Shown here: in pieces, positions 43,331 through 56,130 of the stretch
How positions within the stretch are numbered: position 1 is the stretch's first letter
Layout of the letters: the number at the start of each line of letters is the position of its first letter
Source: the human T2T-CHM13v2.0 reference genome, Homo sapiens
Length of the DNA: 64,000 nucleotides
Assembly: GCF_009914755.1 (NCBI RefSeq)
Contig: NC_060928.1
Strand: one strand, 5' to 3'
Notes under the pieces: generated by a model
Told to the model about the DNA's origin: nothing
What the model saw: the letters and a program-made list of their open reading frames with translations, nothing else
Database searches by the model: none
Program-made: the position numbers and the translations under genes

Positions 43331-46300
43331 TTAGATGTGAGAGGTCCTGTACTTCCCTCGTGTCAGGCAGTACAGGTGGGCCGTGGTGTGGGTTGGGGGA
43401 GAATCAGACAAGTCTCACAGGTGAACTGGAGGGGCAGACACGCTGGGACTGAGTTCAGGGCTTTGGCCAGGAGAGGGCAGCACTCGATCACAGAACTGTG
43501 TTCCCTGAGCAACCTCCTTCAGATGGAGCCTGGGCTGGGCAACTTAAGGGGCTTTTAGAGAGCAAGAACCAACAGTGACTGACTATAATGGTCTTATGAG
43601 GGACACTTGGGGTGTACAGTTCGGGATAACTGGGAGCTTTGAAGAATGGGTTAATGTAAATGGAAAATGGGTCTCCAAGCAGATGACACAAAGCAGAATG
43701 AGCAGACGTCCATGGCAAACAGAAAAAGGGGTAAAGCAGGACAAAGTGCTAGAGAAAAGCCAGTGAATTCCTCGATATGCGAATGGTGTACACCTTAGAG
43801 TGGATTGCCACAGTAGTGGAGGACGGCATGTTTTTCAAGGTACCTCTTCCAGAACCAAGATAACGCTGTTTCTCATGCATAAATTCAAGTGAAGGAATGA
43901 ATATAAGGCTTTAGTGTCCATGCTTTCACCATCAGTATGGTTTACAGCATAGTTTTCCTTGTAACATAGTTTTCTTGGGTCTGTTAAGCATCATGCTAAC
44001 CTCTTAACGTGAGGATAAGTGACAAGGCACGGCAAATTAGTGAACATGAGATGTGTGCCTGGTTGAACTGATGCATGCAGCTCATCTGTATCTCAGCTGT
44101 CCCTCATGCAGCTGAACTTGCTGGCGTGCACCCACAGGGTCCTCTAAGTGCATTTTCAATTTCCATAGTGACTCTTGGATAGAAAAGTTTAGCCAACTGT
44201 TAGATGTGCAGGTGGTGACTTTAGATAGGTAGGATTATCACCATGGAAGCTTCTGGTTCATGATAATGAGAGGGACTTCAGGAGATGTTTGGTAGAACAT
44301 AGACAGCCACTGGAAGGTGCCAGGAGCCTGAAGGAAAAAATCCTCAGTCTGTTTCTTCCAAACACTGAAATCAAGGCGACTTTCAACCCTGGAAGTGTCA
44401 TTAGTTGTCAAGAATTATGAAGCCAACTATATGGTAACTGTAACGAACTCCTCAGGACCAGAGATCTTAGAAATACCAACGTATTTCTAAGAAATCAGTG
44501 AAGGAGTTGGGGAGGCAGGATGAGTAAGAAGGGGATAGGTAAGTCAAGCAAGGCTGTGATCACAGACAAAATCCCCTTGCCTCTCACAGAGGAGCGCTGG
44601 AGGTTACACCATTGCTTGAGCTGGGCTTTCATATGTGAGAATATGACAGCATTTATTACTGGTGGTCCTGGTCTAGTGGGGGGTAAGAGGTGGTAATCTT
44701 GGGCACTTCTGGCTGTTGGTGTGCATGTAAAATAGGTCCAGTAACTCAAGGGAGGTGCTCGAACAACTGCAGATGCTGCCTCTTAAAGACACAGGTATCC
44801 AACGTTGAGGATTACAGAGAAATGGCAAAAGGAATTTGAGGAGATATGGACATGGCCCCAAGATAGGGTTCATTATCTTTGTTACAGGAAGAAAAGAATA
44901 GGTGAATAGGCAACAGGGCTCTCCTTGTCTCCAAGTAATACCTTTGCTACTTCTGTATCTTCTGAATGTGACGGCTTAAGGTTTGCAGGCTCGCCTTTGG
45001 GCTTTATCCCAAAACCAAAATTCTTTCAAGATAGCCTTGTGGTGTTGCCTGTTTGCTTCTTCCCAGGCCCAGCAGGGAAGACAGTGATGTGGAAATTCCT
45101 AGGAGTTAAATCTTCAGAAATACCCTGAATTTTTAGTGTGTCTTGGTTGATTGAACCACCTCTCTCTCCCCCTGAGAGGTTGCCTGGAGCATTCGGTGTG
45201 TGACTCCACATGCGTGCAGAGTGCTTGTCCATGAAGGTAGATAGACCAGTTAATTCTCTCCTGTAAGCATCTCTAAGCTTTCTCTGGTATCCTACCAGGT
45301 ATTGGTTTGCATTTCTGGTAATTCCTCATAGTAGAATTTGGCAGCGTGGTAGAATATGGCAGACACAAGGTATAACAAAAGGAGTCTCCGTGATCTTGAA
45401 TGCATCTGGGTGATGTGTGGCTTTGGCATAAGGAAACCATTTGGGTCCAGTTGCTTCAAGTGACTTCCAAGCATTCCAAAATCAGTTTGGTCAATTACCC
45501 CTGGAAATAAGAATCAGGGCAGACTCAAAATACTTCAAGTTACTAGCTGTTACAAGTATATCTGCAACTCTTTTGCTATATATGCTCTCTTGAACCATCA
45601 GTGGCTGTCCAGGCCATCAACTTAAGCTGTAAAGGATATCAACAAGGGCATTGTGGCACCAACTATAGCCAGCTATCTTTGACACATAGCCTGAACATGA
45701 AGTTGCAGGTAATTTGCATGGATCTCTAATCCCAGCAGCAGCTTTAAAGGCACCAAACGTATCCTCTGCTTACTCTTACATAGCCCCGTGAATCCCAATG
45801 CAATGTTATCAGGATGTGAAAAACAGCATGGTAAACCCATGCATGTATGCAGTGTCATCAGGTAGAACAGCAATGCAGCACTTGTCCGTTCCAATAGCCA
45901 GTGTGTAGCCAGCTAAGTGGTGTCCTGTCTGGCTTATTGAGGTGATCTGGTACAGGGAAATGCTTCCAGAGCGATGGTACAATGCTACATGCTATTATGC
46001 ATGGTCAATGTCAAATGCAGCTGACACACAAAGTCACTGTACAGGATGAGAAGTGCCCTTGAATTACCCTTGGCCGTCAGTGTCTAATGGCTCAGTACGA
46101 CTTGATGCTTTGCCCTTAGAGGGTATGATGGTTTTTCCTTGGAAAGAGTCTAGATAGAAGAATGAAGGAAAAGACACAGCCAAAGACTTTCTGTGGTTTC
46201 CTTTACTTCTGCCTGAGCTATTGCTGCTGTCAGCCCTTGTGGATAGTTCTGTCCCATATTTTAGTATCAGGGACCCTTTGGTGTAGACATGGAACTACAG

Positions 46301-46466
46301 ATGTTGGCAAAGTATAAGATGGAACTGTTGGTGCCTTTACCACTTTGATCATCTGTCTCCTGTCTTTGGCCTTACTGTCATAATCTGGATATTTCTTCCA
46401 GATAAAGTATGGGCTCCTGGGCCTATGTCAGCTTTGATTTGTGATTTGGTGTAAAGCAGAGATAGG

Positions 46467-46843
46467 TTTACTAGTCCGTTTTCACACTGCCAATGGTCAT
46501 ACCCGAGACTGGGTAATTTATAAAGGAAAGAGGTTTAATTGACTCACGGTTCCCCATGGCTTGGGGAGGCCTTCCAACAATCATGGTGGAAGACTAAAGG
46601 AAGAGCAACGGGATGTCTCACATGGTGGCTGGCAAAGAAAACGAGAACCAAGCGAAAGGGGTTTCCCCTGATCAAACCATCAGAACCATCAGTTCTCATG
46701 AGACTTATTCACTACCATGAAACCAGTATGGGGGAAATCATCCCCATGATTTTATTATCTTCCACCAGGTCCTCCCACAACATGTGAGAATTATGGGAGC
46801 TACAATTCAAGATGAGATTTGGGTGGGGAAATATCTAACCATG
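46467..46843 (-). mobile_element. THE1 (THE1C/D-like) MaLR solo LTR
   Basis: agtccgttttcacactgc..catacccgagactgggtaatttataaaggaaagagg...gagctacaattcaagatgagatttgggtgggga. Confidence 0.9.
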
Positions 46844-47139
46844 AAGGTTGAGGGGTGGTATAAGGGCCTTGCTGGGTTCTAGGTCTTTGAGCCCAGGGTT
46901 ACAGGGAATACTAATGAATTCTTGGGTTGAGCTGGGTCCTAGGAGAAGCAAATGCCTACACAGGGTTGGGCATTGAGGAATTGATCAGAAATGACACCTT
47001 AGACAAGCTGCAGGAGAGCATTTAATCTCACAAAGTACAGAATGAAGAATGAAGTAAGGTAGCTAGGTAGCCTCAGATTGTGGTAAAGTGAAACAAGAGC
47101 TTTGGGTTGGCCAATGGTAAGTCTTAGACTCATCATTGC

Positions 47140-47677
47140 TTTTATTAGGGTTGTCTAGAGGAACAGAACTAATATGTTTATATGAAAGGGAACTTATTAA
47201 GGAGAATTGACTCATACGATTACAAGGTAAAGTCCCACAATAGGCCATCTGCAAGTTGAGGAACAAGGAAGCCAGTGGTGGATCAGTCTGTGTCCCAAAA
47301 CCTGAAGTAGGGAAGCAGACAGTGCAGCCTTCAGTCTGTGGCCAAAGGCCTGAGTGCCTCTGGCAAACCACTCTTGTAAATCCAAGAGTACAAAAGCTAA
47401 AGAACTTTGAGTCTGATATTTGAGGGCAGGAAGTATCCAGCACAGGAGAAAGACGGCCAGAGCAGACTCAGTGAGTCCATTCTTCCATCTTCTCCTGCCT
47501 GCTTTATTCTAGCCATGCTGGCAGCTGATTAGATGGTACCTACCCAGATTGAGGGTGGGTCTGCCACCCCCAGTCCACTGACTCAAATGTTAATCTCCTT
47601 TGTCAACACACTCAGACACATCCAGGAATAATACTTTTCATCCTTCAATCAAGTTGACACTCAGTATTAACCATCAC
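47140..47677 (-). mobile_element. MLT2A (HERV-L) solo LTR
   Basis: agggtt.tctagagg.acagaactaat...aataggccatctgcaag...gactcaaatgttaatctccttt...aagttgacactcagtattaaccatcac. Confidence 0.92.
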
Positions 47678-48519
47678 GTTGTTCACGAGTGGAGTCCCCT
47701 GTTTTGCAGCAATGAGCTTGCCTTAGGCTCGGCTGCTGTGCCATGACAGGGATGCTGCTGGTCAATTACTCTTCACTGCAGGCATCTGAGTGGAGTTTGG
47801 GTCCTATGGCCACCAGACCTCTACCTAAGAAGCCTAGGATGTGGTTGTAAATCCCAGGGCACTCAAGAGGGTTTAGAAACCACTTAAGTCTGAAGCAGAG
47901 AATGGATCCTCATGTTGCTAGTCTGGATCCCATGGGGTTGAAGGAAATTGGCTCCTGAAATTACTCCTGATCCCAGTTGCACCGAGCACTGGGAAACTTG
48001 GACTACTTAAATGCCTGAATTGCGTGAGTTGTAGGTTTCAACTCAGCAAGTCTTTGGTAAGGCTGGTCAAGTGGTCTTCTGTCTGGCTAAAAAACTTGTT
48101 GGAAATTCAGTGGAGTCACTTATTCCTGGACATATTGTAGGATAAGTTAATAGGGTTGCTTCTTTGGTATGAGTGTCGAAAAAGATAATCTCAGGTACTT
48201 GAGGATACCTGTTTCCTTAGCTGCCTGAGAGGCTGTTGCTTATGTGATATACCCCTTTCATGAGTTGCTCAGATCAGAAAGTGGATCTTTGTTTTTTGAC
48301 TAGGCATCCCAAGGCTGTGTAGCTAGATACATTTTGTAGTCCCCCAAATTTTTCTTATCAGGGAGTCCACGTTGTGAGGTCTCAAGGGACAATAACAAGC
48401 CAAAGCAGGACCTGAATGTTAAGAGGGAACTCCTTAGCGAGTAGGTTGACCAAAACTCAGATAGCCTAGTTGATCGTACACTGTCAGCACCTTACCTAGG
48501 ACACTTGTCAGGTACTTCA

Positions 48520-48995
48520 ATATTGATGCCCACATTGGCAGCTAAACACACTCTGACATCCTTAGGGAGAAATCGACCATTCCCCATAGATCTGACTCCA
48601 GCTTAAGGTATGCCATGTCCCGACCCTTCTCTCCTGACTACAGTGACTAGTTCAGGGATGGGCATGCCGCTGAAACCCTAGAAGATATTGCTAGAACTGA
48701 TGTTTCCAGAAGAGCATTTGGAAGGGAAAAAAACTTGAATGATTAGTGCAAAGCATTTGTCATGAAGGGAGTGCCTAGAACTTCCCATCCAGAGGGTGGT
48801 GGGGTTGAGAGTTTAATCTGATACCATGGAGGGTAGAAGAGACAAAGGAAGTCTTACTCCTGGTGCACCTGAGCCTGTTGAATCAGTCTCACTTGGAGCC
48901 AACAGTGTTTAGACTTTGCAGTTCGTGAGCTAATGAATTTCCTTGTTACTAGGCCAATGCAGTTGGTGGGATTCTGGATCACTTGTGATCAAAAG
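48520..48995 (+). mobile_element. MLT1J/K-type LTR, paralog of 20710-21250
   Basis: Same internal strings and 3' end (taatgaatttccttgttact...tcacttgtgatcaaaag). Confidence 0.75.
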
Positions 48996-50049
48996 AATCC
49001 TAATACTTGCAGCCCAATGGAGTGTAACCAAGGATGTGGATATTAGAATAAACTGGGTTTTCTCTCACTTGCAAAGTTAAAACCAACCTGCTAGTTAACA
49101 AGCTTGGAGTTAGGAGTACTGAATAGTGTCTAAGGCTTATCAGATTAAATACTTCAGAATAGGGAAGGGAGAAGTAAGCCTTCAGGAGAACTAGAAAGGC
49201 TGTGCCAGAGCCCATGTAACATGGACATCATGCTGAATTATGGCTGACCTGCTTCTAATTCAGCAGCCTTATGTGCCGCTCGTATAAAGATAAGGTGATA
49301 TGTTAAGCTTCTGTTGCTCAAGACATTCTTTTAAAGTCAGGTAGCCCCCACCACTTCTGGAACTTCTGTGCAGGAATGACTAAAGTTGAAACAACAAAGC
49401 TTTAAATGGAAACACTGTAAAGGGATGAACTAGCTGATGGGTGTCATGTCTATAACACGAGCCCTCATGCTAGCATGGGTGATACAATTGCCAGGATCCA
49501 GCTAGCCTCCAGTAAAAACAAGTTTGAATTTTGGCCTCCCTAGTCAGTGTTCCCCTGACCATTTATGCTTGAGAAACTCAGTAATGAGCCTCTTGGGGCA
49601 CTGAGGCCCTCTGGTATATGGCTATGTGCATGGCAGCCATAAGTTCATCTGGGCTAGTAGCAGACATGGCATATAGAATGGAGTCAGATAGGAGAATCGA
49701 AAATAACTTTCCTGGTGCACTTATGAGACAGTAACATGGCAAACTGAAACATGACAGTTGGGAGGGGTGGGGGTTCCCTCTTGGAAAGGATGACCCATAT
49801 ACCTCAAACGTGTCAACATGAAAGTCAACACCCAAGGTATGAAGGTAACTCAAGATCTGGCCTAGTCATCTCCGTTCAGACGAATGGTCATCCTCCCTCT
49901 GAATGGAGCACTTGTGACAGTGTCATGGACATGTATACGCTACTTTTCACATGGGGCTTTATTCCGGAGCTGTAGAAACTATATCTCAACTTACTATAGA
50001 GCTGAGTTTACCCTAGAGTCTTAGTTGGCATCTAAAAACTACATGCTAT

Positions 50050-51110
50050 TGTGTCATGAGATGCAAAGGCTAAAGTAGATTGAGAGCTTCAAGAATCTTG
50101 GGGTTGAAGAGAAAGTTCTATAAGGAATTGAACCTGGGAGAAGATCAGAGGATCACACATGTCTGACTTGGGAGGAAAGAGAAGAAATGTCAGATAGGAA
50201 GTGGCTTAGTATCGCACCTCAGTCTAAGTGTTTTAGCAAATATCCTGGTAAGTCCCAGAGCCCAAATCCCCACTGGAGTCACATGTGTCCTGAATGGGCA
50301 TATTGAGCACTGCAGCTGCACCTTAATGGCTGCCAAGTCAGCCCCTGTGCTGCACAGAGGGACCTGGCTACACAGGCTCTCAGAGCAGCAACTCCATGTC
50401 CCTCAGGCCTCCTTTCCTGAGTAAACTCAAGATGCTGTGACAAAATGCAGCTCCTGTGGCTGTAGTGGGATCTTGGGTCACAACGAATCCTCATCCTCTC
50501 TCCTCCAATATCCACTGCCAAATTCCCTTTGGCCTCAGCTGTGATCTCAGCTGAAGGTTCACGCTTTCCTGGTGGTAGGACCCAGATCTTCAGCCTGAGG
50601 GGCATAAAGATCTAGAGATCATAGGTTTTCAAGATAGTGCTGCTTGGCTGTATCTGTTGGAGTGGGGCAAGGAAGTTGAAGGATGCCCGGTTGCATCAGC
50701 TGGGTTCCATTCATTCTTACTACCTCTCAGAATATAAAAGTAGCCCTCTGATCAGTCAGTTACTCCTGAAGAGTGACTCTCAAAATCCCGCAATGGTTCA
50801 CATGGATTGATTAAAAAAAGCATAAGTGGCCCCCACTTTTTTTTTTTTTATTTCTTGGTTCCCAAACCATTAGTTTTCCTGCTGGGCCTGCAGTACCATG
50901 GAACAGCCTGCCTGATGTATGTACTGCATCCTATATGAGGGTATCCTAAGTGTGAAGCCTTTTTGACCCAGTAACTAGTGCTTCTGCCAGGCTTCCTGAG
51001 GCTGTCTGAACATTCTACAAGGCTACTTCTGAATGGTCTTGTGTAATAATGACGGATGACCTCCTCCAAGACCCAGATCCCACTTGGTATCTTTGTGACC
51101 TGAGTCACTT
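50050..51110 (-). mobile_element. ERVL LTR plus integrase C-terminal remnant (block D, copy 3)
   Basis: ORF 50279..50605(-) LKIWVLPPGKREPSAEITAEAKGN resembles ERVL KVWVTPPGKEPRPAEVLAEGKGN. Confidence 0.75.
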
Positions 51111-53124
51111 TGAGAACTGAGGTTCACAATCTTGCCCAGGTGGGAACACTGAGTCACATGGCAAAAATTGAAGTTCCTGAGAAATTTGGGTCAGTTGGGG
51201 CCTCAGTTGGCCAGCTTCTGAGATGCGCTTCTCTGGAGTAGTAGTGACTGACAGTCAGAGTCCTAAAGAGACTTTTGGGGCATGCAGGTGTGGGTGGGGT
51301 TGGGAGGCAGTTTTTGGGAAGGGGAATGAGTTAAGCTGAAAGGAAAATGGATCACAAAGCTGGGGATTCAAAGTGGAAGCTGTTTAGGACAGAGGACCTC
51401 AGTGAGGGGTGGTGGGGGTGGGAATAGAAGCTAAAGTATAAAGCAGAGTGAAAATAGAGGAGCTGACACTGGCTTTTCTGTTAATGCCAAACACCTTGGA
51501 GCATGGATTGAGGGCCAAAGAGTAGAGGGTTGACAAGGTTCTGCAAATGTTACCTTGAAAAACACCTTGTTCATACTTTTACATAGAAAGGAATCAGAAG
51601 GCAGAAATGTATGGCTGTATCTTCTATGTTTTCACCTTCCAGTGTCTTACTGTGTACAACTTTGCTTTAAAATGGGAGCCTTGCTAGGCCTCTTAGGCTT
51701 GTTTAACTTTTTTCCCAATGTGGGGAAGACACGTGATAAAACACGGCAGAGTAAACAATGTGAGCATGAGACCAAGTCCTTGTGGGAACAGAGCACATGG
51801 CAGCCTGACATCCTCCCTGCATTCGCCTGCAGCTGAATGTGCTCATGTGCAACCACAGGGTCACTTGCAGGCATCTTCAATTTGCATAGGGGCTTGGGTA
51901 GACAAGTTTTGCCAGTCTTTGCAATCAATGTCCCAATGTTGACTTTGGATAGGCAGGACTATCGCTAGAACTTGTTGTTTCCATGGCTCTTCCAGAGAAG
52001 TTGGAGAATGTTAAAGAACAGTTATGATGCTTGATATGAGTCAAAGTTCTTAAAGCACTTCATGATTTTTCTGCATCCTTGATGGCTAAAGTCAGCATGT
52101 TACTGAATGAGGAATTTATAGGCAAACTACTTGGCCAGGGAAATTTAGCTGAGGTGTCATTCTAGGTTTAGAATGTAGTTCACCTGAATTGATCTAGTGT
52201 TCTTTCAGACACCACTGAATTTACAGAAGCAAAACACTCACTACACTTCTCAGGTCTTGGAAAATGCTACCAGTACAGAGAAAGATGATAGAATTCCCAA
52301 ATACCCTCTACCCCCTGGTGGCAAGATGGATATCTGGCATCTCCTTGCCCCCAACCAGTCTGGCTCTGTTGACATCCTCTCTGATTCAGTAATGCTAGTT
52401 CTTGGACTCTATGTAGACCGTAGATAAGACCATAGTGGGCATTGCTTCTCCTGGATTCAGAAGGTAGAATTATCTCTGGCTTTCTAGACACTTGTGTTTT
52501 AATGGGACAGATGAAAGAATTCCACAGGTGGAGTCAACACGAGGGAATACACCATGCCAGTGTAATAAGAATTATCTAGGGCCATAAAGGGCTGCAACAT
52601 GTTGGCTTGTACCTAGAAGTTAGAGGAAACCATGGTATGGCATGTTATAAAGGGGCCAGAAATGGGCAGAACACCTCTTCATGGGACTCCAGTGTTTCAC
52701 TACCAAGTATACTATTCTCAGGAACATCCTAAATCCTTCAGTCTGTTCAACTCCCTCAGTTTCCCCTAGGTGTTGTAGATAGCTTGTATCCAGATGACTG
52801 ACTTTGGATTAAGGGCTCAACATGTGGTTAAGCTATTGGTACGCTGACTGACACCCTCTTTTAAATACTGAGACAGGTGTCTGAGAGGTGAGCTTTAAGT
52901 GTATTAGGTGAATGGGCCTCTCTTCCAGGTCACATTGCTGAAGACCCTGGAAATTGCTATGAGCATGAGGGGAAAATCTAAGCTATAGAAACCACAACTA
53001 GAGCATGGTACTGGTGTGCCTCAGGTACTACAAAGTGATAGATGGCACAGGTGGGGGTACAAAAGATGACCCAAGTGAGGGTAACATTCCAGACACCCAT
53101 AACTTTCAAGCACAAACTGAACCC

Positions 53125-54615
53125 TTGGCTGAGCCCTGTCCTCCATTATATGGAGTCCTATGGAGAGTTGTAGTGTGCAGGATCTGGATTTTGCGCAGTT
53201 GCTGTACTTGCAGGCCAGGGCAGACCCTCATCAGGCTCTGTCCTGTGTGACTCTTGAGTCAACAGTCATGTAGAGACAGGAAGTCAGAGATGGAAGTTGG
53301 GCTCTTACTTCCAGGAAAATGACCTGACATGGGTCCTGTGAGAACCAAGGCACTGACAGGGTAACTTGTCCTGTCTCCTAGGATCCCCTTTTCAGCTGAA
53401 CAGATAAAACATGATTGTGGAAGAATCCTCATCTGCCTTGTTAGATTGGAACTTGCATTCCGGAATTAGAAGTAATATTGATGTTAACACATCCAAGTGC
53501 CTGTCAAATGGCTTACTGTGGTTCTTGTCTGTTATGTCACAACAGACTTCTGACTGTTCAAGCTAACTTGTGCCTCTTTAAAGAAGGTAAAAATTGTCCT
53601 ACCACGGGCCACTGAGATGCTTCTTGCACTCTGTCCTTTCATGAACTAGAAGTCAGCCATGCTGTTGTAGGTCAAGGTGCCTGCATAAGACTTTCTAGGG
53701 GAGGGGCAGAGGAGAGAGCTAAGCAGGCATATGGTATGTTGGAGTTCAGCTTCCATCTGGGCCCATGGTGGAGCTCTGAGGGTACAAAAGCATGTTGAGG
53801 GTACAGAGCATGTTGCTCTGAGTGTGCAAGTGCCATGTTGAGGTATCGATGTAAGCATCTTATTCCCAGAGTCAGTACTGGCTGTGGGCTGCTGGGGAAG
53901 AGGTCTCTACTAGGCTGAGGGCAGTTCTCCAGAAGAAGTGGCTTGGGAACCATTAGCAGCCAGCAGTCTTAGCTGCTGGGTGGTAAATGCCCTGACTCAG
54001 TAAAAGGGCATCGCATGAAGCACCAACTATTTTCATCATACATGCTGGAACAACTTGTCCCACTGATGGCAAGAAGGGGGTGTGATTGTGTACCAGCATA
54101 CTCTGGTTGTTGCCAAATCTGTGACTTGGTGAGTATGTGGCTGAGCATGTTGCCACATGCAGCAGGTCCTCTTCACATCTGAGAAGGGCAGTGCACACCA
54201 GACTCTGTGAAGCTCAGCATGTTTGTGGTGCCAAATATGGAGACGGAAGTATCATGGAAATCCAGAAAGGAGAAGTGGAAGGAACTGGCTGGCAGGATGG
54301 CAGTGACATGGGCATCTGTCACTCAGCATAGCAGGGACCCTGGGACCTCACCAAGTAGAATTTAAGAGCGCAAGAATCATATTAGAGAATGGTAAAAGCT
54401 AATCACAGAGCTGGTAACTCTTCTTCCCTTACCTAATTCTGTTGAGAGCAGTAAGCCCAGCCACAACTACTTGTTTTGTGATACTTTGTAGCTCAGGGTG
54501 GGCGTGACTCCAATTTCTACTTACATCTTATGGGTCTGAAGGTCAATGGGCTTCCCAGGTTATCTACTTAAGAGGAACAGTCTTGGCTAGCACACGTATT
54601 TGCATTTCCCAAATC
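53125..54615 (+). repeat. Local direct duplication X, copy 1 (contains a reversed LTR16-like element ~53650-54040)
   Basis: High similarity to 56130-57710, e.g. tggctggcaggatggcagtgacatgggcatct identical, accctcatcaggct, tgacagggtaac and gcatttcccaaatc. Confidence 0.92.
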
Positions 54616-55079
54616 TAGTGAATTCATAGCTAGTGATTTCCCAAATCAAGTCATTTCATATCTAGTGATTTGGACTGGATTTGCTTTCTAGTCTCTGACC
54701 TGCTTTTCCATGTAGAAGCACTTGGCACAGGTTTCCTGTCGAACTGCTGCCTTTCCTATAGAGCCCTCCAGATGGAATCTCATCTTCAGTGACTGGGTGT
54801 GCTTGGCAAGTGAGATGGCATGGTAGGACTAAAGTTGTGCTTATTCTAAGCAGGTTGGGAGGAGTATTCAATAGGGCCACTATATCATCGACTTCCATTC
54901 TTCTAATTAAACTGGAAACTAAGAATTAGGTCTGTAGATATCTTAACACCACAATTCATGAAGGACATAGCAGGAGTAGTCTATATATCTATCACTTCCA
55001 TAGATTGAGTTGAATAGGAGTTCAACATGCTATTCCCCCATGTTCCAGATGGCTTGGACCACAGGGTAGACTCTCCCCC

Positions 55080-55642
55080 ATTTTTGAATGATTGTCATTC
55101 TAACTGGCATGAGATGGTATCTCATTGTGGTTTTGATTTGCATTTCTCTGATGACCAATGATCTTTTGTTCATGTTTGTTGGCTGCATAAGTGTCTTTTG
55201 AGAAGTGTCTGTTCATATCCTTTGCCTACTTTTTCATGGTTTTTTTTTTGTTGTAAATTTAAGTTCCTTATAGATTCTGAGTATTAGACTTTTGTCAGAT
55301 AGGTAGCTTGCAAAAATTTTCTCCCCTTCTATAGGTTGCCTGTTCACTCTGATAGTTTCTTTGGCTGTGCAGAAACTCTTTAGTTTGATTACATCCTATT
55401 TGTCAATTTTGGCTTTTGTTGCCATTGCTTTTGGTGTTGTAGTCATGAAGTCTTTGCCCATGCCTATGTCCTGAAGGTATTGCCTAGGTTTCCTCTAGGG
55501 ATTGTGTGGTTTTGGGCTTTACATTTAAGTCTTTAATCCATCTTGAGTTAATTTTTGTATAAGGTATAAGGAAGTGGTCCAGTTTGTTTTCTGCATGTGG
55601 CTAGCCAGTTTTCCCGCACCACTTATTAAATAGGGAATCCTT
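55080..55642 (-). mobile_element. L1PA (approximately PA7/8) ORF2 3' fragment
   Basis: cattctaactggcatgagatggtatctcattgtggttttgatttgcatttc...gaagtctttgcccatgcctatgtcctg...ttaaatagggaatccttt. Confidence 0.92.
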
Positions 55643-55644
55643 TC

Positions 55645-56130
55645 AATCTTATGCTCTTTTGCCACAAGGATAAAAACCTCTCAGGGAATTAGAACTGAGT
55701 CAAAACCTGTCCAGTGGCTGTAGCAGAGCCCTTCTAGACCCCTAGTCCCAGGTTCCTTTGAGGTATGTCTCCAGGCAGGAGCAGTCTTGTCCAAGTCTTC
55801 TCATAGGTGCAAGATGGAGAGAGACTAAAGTGATCCACTCAGGGATGGGACTGTGCTTTAACTCTCAGCTTGTTTTCTCAGAATATCCTCAACTTTGACC
55901 CTGAGCCTTCAGCAAATGAGAATAGTAGAAGGTAAAGCCTAAATGAGTTCCTGCTGCCTGGAATAGGCACTCCTGTAACTATGGAGGCCAGGTGGGCAAT
56001 GTGGGCTGTGGTAGGTATCGGTGGTCCTGAGGGGAGGGATCTCCTGTGAAGCCTATGATCTTAGTAGCAGCCTCACAGTGAAATTCGTTCTACAGTGTAT
56101 GTCACTGTAATGGGCTGGAGTTCTGAAAGA
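55645..56130 (+). repeat. Block Y copy; paralogs ~58385-58885 and ~27000-27480
   Basis: cctgtccagt, aaagtgatccactcagg, tgaccctgag.cttcagca.atgagaat, ggagggatctcct..gtgaagcctatgat, cactgtaatgggctggagttctg. Confidence 0.9.
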
